Assembly: GCA_044225365.1 (NCBI GenBank)
Contig: JBGAIQ010000074.1
Coordinates: 1 to 24,405 of the forward strand
DNA: 24,405 nt
Source: Planctomycetota bacterium
GTDB taxonomy: Bacteria; Planctomycetota; B15-G4; JADJEK01
Direction: 5' to 3'
In this document: positions 9,167 to 16,484 of the stretch, in pieces
Position numbering within the stretch: position 1 is the first letter of the stretch
Layout of the letters: every line of letters begins with the position of its first letter
Notes under the pieces: generated by a model
The model's database searches: none
Told to the model about the DNA's origin: nothing
What the model saw: only the letters and a program-made list of their open reading frames with translations
Program-made: the position numbers and the translations under genes

Positions 9167-12100
9167 GTGAACCGTCATGAAGTGACCAGTTTCGACCGCG
9201 ATCGCGCTCGCGAGCTCTTCGTAGAGGCCTGTGACCTCGACGCAAGCGAGCGACGTGCGTTCCTCGATCGTGAATGCGGCGAGGATCACGCGCTGAGGCG
9301 TGAGGTCGAGTCGCTCCTCGGTGAAGACAAGAAGCAAGAGCTTCGCGAAACGATGCTCGACTCGGGGGGCTTCTTGCGCGCCGCCGCAGCGTCGTTCGCT
9401 GCACCGCTCGATGCGGGCGATCGCATCGGCCGTTATCGCATCCTCGGGGTGCTCGGTGTCGGCGGGATGGGCGCGGTGTACGAAGCGGAGCAGGACGAGC
9501 CGCGGCGTCGCGTCGCGATCAAGGTGCTCGGCCCCGGCGTGGGATCGGTGTCGACCGCCTTCCTCGAGAGGTTTCGCCACGAGGCTCAGGTGCTCGGTCG
9601 CCTGCAGCATCCCGGCATCGCGCAGATCTTCGAGGCGGGGACGTTCGAGCACGACGGATCCTCGCAGCCGTTCATCGCGATGGAGAAGGTGCAGGGCCAC
9701 GCTCTCGACCTCGACGCCGATGCGCGCAAGCTCGATGCGAGAGCCCGTGTCGAACTCGTCGCGCAGGTCTGCGATGCCGTCGATCATGCCCACGAGAAGG
9801 GCGTGGTCCACCGCGACCTGAAACCTGCGAACATACTGGTCGACCCCTCGGGGCAACCGAAGGTGCTCGATTTCGGCGTGGCGCGCGTGACGGCGAAGGA
9901 CACGTTGATCCAGACGCTCCACACCAGCGCCGGGCAACTCATCGGCACATTGCAGTACATGAGCCCCGAGCAGGTCTCGGGCGATCCCAACGCGGTCGAC
10001 CGTCGCTCCGACGTCTATGCGCTCGGTGTGATCCTCTACGAGTTGCTCACGGGCAAGGCGCCCTACGACCTCTCGAATCGCACGATCCCGGACGCGGCGC
10101 GCATCATCCATGACGTCGAGCCAACGCGCCTCGCGAGGCACGATCGCAATCTCCGCGGAGACATCGAGACGATCGTCACCCGCGCGCTGACGAAAGAGCG
10201 CGAGCATCGCTACGCCACGGCGGCTGCTCTCGCAGCGGATCTGCGGCGCTACCTCCGCGACGAAGCGATCGTCGCGCGACCACCGAGCACGTTCGAGCAA
10301 GCGCGGCGATTCGCCCGGCGGAACAAAGGACTCACGGCCGGAGTCGTCATCGCATTCGTCGCGCTCGCCGGCGCACTCGGCGTGTCGTTGTCGAAGACGC
10401 GCGAAGCGATCGAGGCGCGAATCGCAACGACGCGCGAGGCGAATCGCTCGGCGATCTCCGCCGCAGCGAGTGCGCTGGCCGCGCATCAACCAGCGATGGC
10501 GCGCGAGTTGTTGGCGTCGATCCCCGAATCCGAACGCGGATGGGAATGGCACTACCTGCTCCGCACGATGGACCAGAGCGTGGCGGCGATCCCGGCCGGG
10601 AGCGATTGCGTCGCGGCGATGTTCGATTCCGCCGGGAAGGTGGTGTTCGTCGCACGCAACTCCGGCGCGATCGAGAAGTGGCAGGATCCGTTCGACCGCG
10701 CGGAGATCATTGCGAGTGTCGGCAGTCCGCTTCGAGCCGCAGCTTTCTCGGCAGACGCATCGCGCGTTGCCGTGCTCACCGCCGCCGATGTGCCCGCCCT
10801 CTCGATCCTCGCCACGGCGAATGGCGCGACGCTCGCGACTTGCGCTGCCTTCGTCGGACCCGCGGAACGCATCTTCGTCGATCGCGACGCCACGAGAGTC
10901 GCGTGGGTTCGAACGATCGCCAGACTGAGCGGCGCCGAGACAAATGGCGAGTCCGATCCTGCGGAGGCGTCTTCCGATGCCGACGAATCCACGGAGCCGA
11001 ACGTGGATGCCCCGTCGAACGAGAGCGCTGGATCGCCCGGTGGCGACGCGAAGCCGAGGGGGCATTTCTCCGAAGTCTTGGTGTGGGATGTCGCGACGGA
11101 TCACGTGCGCACCGCGCTGCAGCGTGGCGGCGACGGGCTCAGTACCTCGACGCTGCTCACGATCTCCGGGGATCGACTCGCCGGCGGACTGAAGTATGGC
11201 GCTCCCTTCGTGCTCGATCTCTCGAAGCCGAACGATTCGTTTCGATTGCTGCCGCTCGGCGCGCCCCGACTCTGCTCGGCCGCGCTGTCGCTCGACGCCG
11301 CATGGCTCGCGGTCGGAGGAACGAACAAACAAGTCTTGCTCTACGACGCCGCGACGGAAGCACTCGTGGGCCGGCTCGGGGAACACACGGGAACGGTCGG
11401 ATCGGTCGCATTCGGGAGCGATGGCAACACGCTGTGGTCAGGAGCCGTCGACCAGACGATCCGCGAATGGGACATTCGGGCTCGACTTCCACGACGCGTG
11501 TTCAGCGGGCACCGGGGCGAAGTCGACGCCGTCTTCTCCACTTCGGCCGACCGTCTGCTCTCTCATGCGACCGATGGCACCTTGCGCGTGTGGGCTCCTG
11601 CCGACGACTTGTCGGTGTTGCGCGGCCACGCGGGCCGGCGGCCGTACGTCTACGCGGTCGCATTCTCGCCCGACGGTCGGGAGATCGCATCCGGGTCATG
11701 GGATCGCACGGTGCGCCTGTGGGATACCGCATCGGGCGCGTCGATCGCGATCCTCGACGGCCTTACTCGGCCGCGCCCCGCGGTCACCGATCTCGAGTAC
11801 TCGCCGGATGGATCGAAACTCGCCATCGCCGGCGGGACCCGAACGATCCACGTGGTCGATGCCCATTCGCGGAAAGAGCTGCGACTGTTGACGGTCGATC
11901 GTTTCGCCGTGAGCTCGCTGGCGTGGACTCCCGACGGCAAGCGCTTGCTGGTCGCGGGAGCGCCGTCGGCCACGGCACGCCGGCCGCAGGGGAACGAGCG
12001 AGCCGCGCGTCTGATCGACGCCGAGTCGGGCAGCGGCGTCGGCGAACTGGTGGAACCCGGGTGCAGCATCCGCTGCGTCGCGGTGTCCGTCGACGGTCGC

Positions 12101-12568
12101 ACCTACGCAACGGGCGGTCAAGCCGGAGAGATCACGCTCTGGGATGGTAAATCGCTGCGCCGACTGCGCGCGCTCCCGGGCCATCAGGCTGCCGTCTCCA
12201 CGCTCGCATTCAGTCGCGATTCGCGTCGCCTGGCGTCCGCGTCCGAGGATGGCACGGCGCGGATCTTCGACCTCGATTCGGGTGAGGTGCGTGTGCTGCG
12301 CGATCACACGGCGACGGTGTACTCCGTCGCATTCTCGCCCGACGGCGAACGCGTCGCGACCGCGTGCCTCGACTCCGTCGTTCGATTGTTCGATGCGACG
12401 ACCGGCCAGCTCGTCCTCGATCTCCGCGGGCATGACGACTACGTCCACGACGTCGCGTTCTCGCCGGACGGTCATGTGCTGGCTTCGGGATCGGGCGATG
12501 CAACCGTGCGTCTGTGGGACACGCGACCGGTCGCGGAGCGCTATCTCGCTCGTGCGCGGTTTCGCTGA
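9167..12568 (+). CDS. Membrane Hanks-type Ser/Thr protein kinase with C-terminal WD40 repeats
   Basis: LGVGGMGAVY, VAIKVL, HRDLKPAN, DFG, YMSPEQ and SDVYALG are intact. TM segment GVVIAFVALAGALGVSL, RGWEWHYL motif, many GH...VAFSPDG...ASGS.D.TVRLWD repeats. N-terminal extension ERRAFLDRECGEDHALRREVESLL is typical of ECF-linked kinases. Confidence 0.95.
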   Translation: MNRHEVTSFDRDRARELFVEACDLDASERRAFLDRECGEDHALRREVESLLGEDKKQELRETMLDSGGFLRAAAASFAAPLDAGDRIGRYRILGVLGVGGMGAVYEAEQDEPRRRVAIKVLGPGVGSVSTAFLERFRHEAQVLGRLQHPGIAQIFEAGTFEHDGSSQPFIAMEKVQGHALDLDADARKLDARARVELVAQVCDAVDHAHEKGVVHRDLKPANILVDPSGQPKVLDFGVARVTAKDTLIQTLHTSAGQLIGTLQYMSPEQVSGDPNAVDRRSDVYALGVILYELLTGKAPYDLSNRTIPDAARIIHDVEPTRLARHDRNLRGDIETIVTRALTKEREHRYATAAALAADLRRYLRDEAIVARPPSTFEQARRFARRNKGLTAGVVIAFVALAGALGVSLSKTREAIEARIATTREANRSAISAAASALAAHQPAMARELLASIPESERGWEWHYLLRTMDQSVAAIPAGSDCVAAMFDSAGKVVFVARNSGAIEKWQDPFDRAEIIASVGSPLRAAAFSADASRVAVLTAADVPALSILATANGATLATCAAFVGPAERIFVDRDATRVAWVRTIARLSGAETNGESDPAEASSDADESTEPNVDAPSNESAGSPGGDAKPRGHFSEVLVWDVATDHVRTALQRGGDGLSTSTLLTISGDRLAGGLKYGAPFVLDLSKPNDSFRLLPLGAPRLCSAALSLDAAWLAVGGTNKQVLLYDAATEALVGRLGEHTGTVGSVAFGSDGNTLWSGAVDQTIREWDIRARLPRRVFSGHRGEVDAVFSTSADRLLSHATDGTLRVWAPADDLSVLRGHAGRRPYVYAVAFSPDGREIASGSWDRTVRLWDTASGASIAILDGLTRPRPAVTDLEYSPDGSKLAIAGGTRTIHVVDAHSRKELRLLTVDRFAVSSLAWTPDGKRLLVAGAPSATARRPQGNERAARLIDAESGSGVGELVEPGCSIRCVAVSVDGRTYATGGQAGEITLWDGKSLRRLRALPGHQAAVSTLAFSRDSRRLASASEDGTARIFDLDSGEVRVLRDHTATVYSVAFSPDGERVATACLDSVVRLFDATTGQLVLDLRGHDDYVHDVAFSPDGHVLASGSGDATVRLWDTRPVAERYLARARFR

Positions 12569-12609
12569 TCGATGGGATCCTGAAGAAGCGCGGAGCGAAG
12601 CCAAGCGCG

Positions 12610-12656
12610 AGAAGAAGAGAACGGGCCTCCGCCGCGAGTCCGCAGCGAAGGCCCGT
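12610..12656 (-). terminator. Probable intrinsic terminator of the fibre gene
   Basis: Minus-strand ACGGGCCTTCGCTGCG-GACT-CGCGGCGGAGGCCCGT forms a 16-bp stem with two G-U pairs (these are C-A mismatches on the plus strand), followed by TCTCTTCTTCT. Located between convergent genes. Confidence 0.65.
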
Positions 12657-12683
12657 GATCGCATCATGCGATCGCCTCAGAGA

Positions 12684-15392
12684 TCACTTCCGAGTCGCCG
12701 CGATCGCCGCTTCGAGGCGGAGGATGCGCTCTTCCATCGTCGCGAGCGTGTTGGCTTGCTCCGACACCTCGCTCTCCAGCTCGGCGATGCGTGAGTCGTG
12801 TCGCTGCGAGATCTCGGCCCACTCGTTCGTCTTCACGCCGATCAACGTGTTGACGAGGTCGACGCGATCATTCTTCGACGCCTCGAGCGCGCGGCCGATG
12901 ATCTGGCCCATCTGCGAGACCTTCAGATCACCTGCTGCCACCGCGATGCCGGAACCGTCGTTCTTGCCCGAAGGCAGGATGTAGTCGCCGGCATTCGCGC
13001 CGCCCATCACGAGCACGGGCACCTGGCCCATGAATCCGACCTTCACGTACTGGCTCTCCTGTCCCGCGGGCGGCGTATTGCCGACGACCACCGGCGCGAG
13101 ACTGACCGGCATGAGCTGCTCGGCGCCGTCCGTCACCTTGCTCACGCGACCACCCTTCACGCCCACGATCGTGCCGAACGTGAACTTCTCGTTCGCATCG
13201 CGCTTCGGCAACCACTCCGCGTAGTCTGCGCCCGTCGAGTTGTAGGTCACGCCGCCATCGCGGCATTCGATCTCGAGGCCGTAGGTCGCGACCGCGGTCG
13301 CCAAGGTCAGCGGGTCCATCGTGATGAACTGATCGAACCCGTTCGCGAGGCACCAGCACCCGAGATCCTTGATCGCGTTCTGATAGGACGTCGACACCGG
13401 GATCGATACGAGATCCGCGATGTTGTAGTTGTTGATCATCGACGGGATGGGCAGGGGCGGCAACGGGATGTCCTTGATGCCGAGGCTCTTGTTGTTCAGG
13501 TTGATGGACTCACCGGGGATGTTGATGAACCCCGTGAGCAGGTTGATGATGCCGTCGAAGCCACCATCCTTGCCCACTGTGAAGTTGCCGAAATCGACCT
13601 GCCCGAGATTGAAGTTGTTGACCGTGAAGTTCTTGTTCCCGAAGTCCAGGAACACGGTCGGGTCGATCCGCGGCTGAGAGTTCAGGTTCAGGATCGCGTT
13701 GATCTTCGTCTCGAGTTCCGACACGGTGCCGGACAAGCCGTCGTAGGTCTTGTCGAAGCCCGCGACGCCACCGATCTGCGTCGTGCTCGAGCCGTAGAAC
13801 GAGATGAGGTTGTTCTGGCTGTTGATTCCTCCGTTTGCGGTGGAGCCCTTCACTTGGATGGCGATGCCATCGCTGTTGTCGCCGTCCGACTCGAAGAACG
13901 CGACGTGCTGGCCGCGGAAGGCGCCCGTGCCCTTGACGTGAAGGAGCGCCTGCGGCGTCGTGGTGCCGACGCCGACCTTTCCCGTCGTGACCGCGATATT
14001 GCCGACCGGGACCCTGAGGTCGCCGTTCATGACATTGACGTCGCCGTTCTGCGACAGGCTCACCTGATCGGTGCCATTCGTGACCAGGCGGAGCGGGTTG
14101 TTCGATTGGGTTCCGAGCCTCGCGAAACCGTCATCGCCGATCGACGTCGCGAGGGTGGAGGCGCCGCGCGTGTGGGAGATGCCGAGGCCAGCGTCCGAGG
14201 TCGCCACGTCGAGTTTCGCGATCGGATCGCTCGTGTTGATGCCGACATCCCCCGACTTCGTGACCTGGATCCTCATCGCGTCGTTGGTTCGGATCTGGAG
14301 CGCGTGATCCGAGAGCGTTCCGAAGATTCCCACGCCGGTGAGTGAGACCTTGGAGCCGATGGTCACCGGTCCGACGTCGTGCTCGAAGCCGACGACATCC
14401 GGATTGGTCGAAGCCGTGATCTTGCCGGTCGGCGTCGTCGTGCCGACTCCGAGCTTGCCCGAATCGAGAACCGCATTGCCTGCATTGAGATCGAAGGGAG
14501 AAGCGCCTTCCGGACCGACCGGACCTTGAGGACCCTGGGCACCGGCCGCCCCGGGAGTGCCGGGAGTGCCTTGGGGGCCTTGCGCGCCGTCGGCGCCGGT
14601 GGCACCCGGAAGTCCTTGCGGCCCCGCAGGCCCAGTAGGCCCAGTAGCTCCAGTAGGCCCAGTAGGCCCAGTAGGCCCGACGGGACCCGCCGGCCCCATC
14701 GCGCCATCCGCGCCGGCCGGACCTTGCGGACCTGGCGCACCGTCGGCGCCCGGGGCACCTGCGGGTCCCTGCGCACCGTCTGCGCCCGGGGCACCCGGAA
14801 GGCCTTGCGGTCCCGCAGGCCCGACGGGTCCGACCGGCCCAGCAGGTCCGGCAGGTCCCATGAGGCCTGTCGGATTCCCGACCCAATTGCCCGACGCGTC
14901 GATCACGAGCAGCCCGCCGACCGTGATGCTCTTCGGCGTGATGTCGGCGTTCGGCACGTCATCCGCCGCGCGCGCGCTGTCGGCGCGAATCGCGTAGGCC
15001 GTGCTTCCGAGCCGCTGACGCGGCGTCATCTCGGCGTCCGCGCCAACCGTGATGCCGAGCCAGCGATTCGCGCTGGTCGCGAAGATCGCCGTCGGCAAGG
15101 GATTCACCGTTCCGATCGGGGCGCTGAGCAGACCACCGACGACATCGAGTGTCTGCGACTCGGTGTAGATCGACGTGCCACCGCTCGCCGCATCCCAGAT
15201 GCGGAAGGTGATGGATAGGCCGGTGGCCGTGAGCGGTTGCCCCGCGGTATTGAGAAGACGTGCTTGGTACTGAAGGACGGGCGGAGCGCCCTGGCGTGCG
15301 ATGGCGGTTCCTACCGTCGCGGAGTACGAAGCGATGAGAGTCGCGGCGAACAGGAGTGTGGTTTGGAATGATCTCATGGTGGGGTGACTCAT
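12684..15392 (-). CDS. Secreted collagen-like / phage-tail-fibre-like protein with a Peptidase_G2-like (intramolecular chaperone) C-terminal domain and coiled coil
   Basis: Signal peptide; N-domain [14 protein letters not shown]...[10 protein letters not shown]...[17 protein letters not shown]; 41 consecutive Gly-X-Y triplets; repeated [10 protein letters not shown] / [10 protein letters not shown] / [10 protein letters not shown] units; GADYAEWL...GFMGQVPV...GDYILPSG; terminal heptads IAELESEV...[12 protein letters not shown]. Confidence 0.88.
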   Translation of the reverse strand: MSHPTMRSFQTTLLFAATLIASYSATVGTAIARQGAPPVLQYQARLLNTAGQPLTATGLSITFRIWDAASGGTSIYTESQTLDVVGGLLSAPIGTVNPLPTAIFATSANRWLGITVGADAEMTPRQRLGSTAYAIRADSARAADDVPNADITPKSITVGGLLVIDASGNWVGNPTGLMGPAGPAGPVGPVGPAGPQGLPGAPGADGAQGPAGAPGADGAPGPQGPAGADGAMGPAGPVGPTGPTGPTGATGPTGPAGPQGLPGATGADGAQGPQGTPGTPGAAGAQGPQGPVGPEGASPFDLNAGNAVLDSGKLGVGTTTPTGKITASTNPDVVGFEHDVGPVTIGSKVSLTGVGIFGTLSDHALQIRTNDAMRIQVTKSGDVGINTSDPIAKLDVATSDAGLGISHTRGASTLATSIGDDGFARLGTQSNNPLRLVTNGTDQVSLSQNGDVNVMNGDLRVPVGNIAVTTGKVGVGTTTPQALLHVKGTGAFRGQHVAFFESDGDNSDGIAIQVKGSTANGGINSQNNLISFYGSSTTQIGGVAGFDKTYDGLSGTVSELETKINAILNLNSQPRIDPTVFLDFGNKNFTVNNFNLGQVDFGNFTVGKDGGFDGIINLLTGFINIPGESINLNNKSLGIKDIPLPPLPIPSMINNYNIADLVSIPVSTSYQNAIKDLGCWCLANGFDQFITMDPLTLATAVATYGLEIECRDGGVTYNSTGADYAEWLPKRDANEKFTFGTIVGVKGGRVSKVTDGAEQLMPVSLAPVVVGNTPPAGQESQYVKVGFMGQVPVLVMGGANAGDYILPSGKNDGSGIAVAAGDLKVSQMGQIIGRALEASKNDRVDLVNTLIGVKTNEWAEISQRHDSRIAELESEVSEQANTLATMEERILRLEAAIAATRK
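14499..14867 (-). repeat. Collagen Gly-X-Y repeat region (41 triplets)
   Basis: Uninterrupted [12 protein letters not shown] ... GPE GAS, counted from the translation. Confidence 0.95.
14632..14676. repeat. 9-bp tandem repeat x5 inside the collagen region
   Basis: ccagtaggc ccagtagct ccagtaggc ccagtaggc ccagtaggc, encoding GPT/GAT. Confidence 0.9.
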
Positions 15393-16245
15393 TCGAAGAA
15401 GGTGATGTTGAGCACGTTGCTGAAGCCGCCGGCAGGCGGGCTGACGCTGGTGACGGACAGGGCCTGCAGGTCGACCGAGAGACCGACCAGCGCGGGATTG
15501 TTCGAGACGGGGACCGCGAGGTTCTGATCGCGAGTTGGCCGTGGAACGGCGGCGCAGGCACTCCGACTCCCGGGATCGAGAATCCCAGGAATAGGAAGAG
15601 CAGCGAACTCGGCTTGGCGAGCACGCTCAGTTCGGCGGCTTTCCCGACCTGGATGGGACCGGAGAGCTCGACGGCCGGTAAGTACTGGAAGGCGTCGCCC
15701 GCCTCCGAGCTTCCGATCGCGTTCTCGACACCGACGGAAGTGAGACCCACCGAGTTGCCGAGCGAATCGACTCCGGGCGGCGTCGTGACATCGATCGTCG
15801 TGTCGCTGGTGACCAGCGAAGACGCGGCGGACACGCCGTTGAAGCGCACCGTCGTGAGACCCGCGCCGAGCTCCATGAAATTGAGCCCGCGTACCACGAC
15901 TGGTTTGCCGCCGACGGCAAGTCCATCGGCAGGTTCGACGCCCAGTACGACCGGCCTGTTCGTTCCCAAGCTCGGCACCAACCAGACCACGCTCGGTTCG
16001 ATCCGGTAGCTCGCCGAGTTCATCGTGACCCCGAGAGCGGGTGACGCGATTTCGGCCTCGGCGCTCGTCAACGCGCTCGCCGCAGTCCCTCCGCCTCCTG
16101 CGGTCGACTGCGCAAGCGCCGTCGTGTTCGCGCTGCCAGCGATACCCGACGAGCCACTCTGTGGCGCGGCGTAGCTCGCGATTCCATTCGAGAACACGAA
16201 GCCGGCCACAATGGCCAGACATCGCATGACACGTGTTCGATCCAT
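15389..16245 (-). pseudogene. Secreted IPT/TIG-domain protein, frameshifted near 15524 (real lesion or assembly error)
   Basis: GAGGAG RBS, signal peptide and IPT-like PVVLGVEPADGLAVGGKPVVVRGLNF...VRFNG...SDTTIDVTTPP...FQY. The frame changes after PFHGQLAI to [14 protein letters not shown]...[10 protein letters not shown], whose stop overlaps the fibre start codon (ATGA at 15389-15392). Confidence 0.8.
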
Positions 16246-16286
16246 GCTCGACATCTCCTCGGGTCGCTTCACGGGGACGACTCGCA

Positions 16287-16321
16287 AGACGCGGTCTCGT
16301 CGCGAGCGACGCAATGGTCTC
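16287..16321 (-). promoter_or_regulatory. Shared 35-bp upstream motif, copy 1 (ECF-promoter-like TGCGTC-N16-CGTCT)
   Basis: Minus strand GAGACCATTGCGTCGCTCGCGACGAGACCGCGTCT, about 42 nt upstream of ATG 16245. 30/35 identical to 18581-18615. Confidence 0.7.
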
Positions 16322-16372
16322 TTGGATTTTCGACGGAGGCTGGATCTCGCACCGGTCGAGGGCGTGCAACGG

Positions 16373-16413
16373 CAACGCCGCCGTTCGTGTGAATCCCACG
16401 GACGGCGGCGTTG
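16373..16413. terminator. 17-bp hairpin between the protease and IPT genes (terminator or mRNA-stability element)
   Basis: CAACGCCGCCGTTCGTG-tgaatcc-CACGGACGGCGGCGTTG, 16/17 Watson-Crick pairs. No clear U tract. Confidence 0.55.
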
Positions 16414-16484
16414 ACATCAGGAGGTCGATCGGGCGTCGGAGCGCGGCGACCTTGTCGGGTCTCGCGACGGGGCCAATGCCAATC

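Noticed and set aside
8768-11386. Long antisense and alternate-frame ORFs (also 1026..1919, 6558..8270, 10540..12150, 12798..14345, 19104..20123, 20320..21453)
   Set aside because: Arg-rich, motif-free shadows of well-supported genes, expected in high-GC DNA.
14557-14997. Second collagen-like ORF on the plus strand
   Set aside because: Antisense shadow: Gly (GGN) and Pro (CCN) codon runs read as Gly/Pro repeats on the opposite strand.
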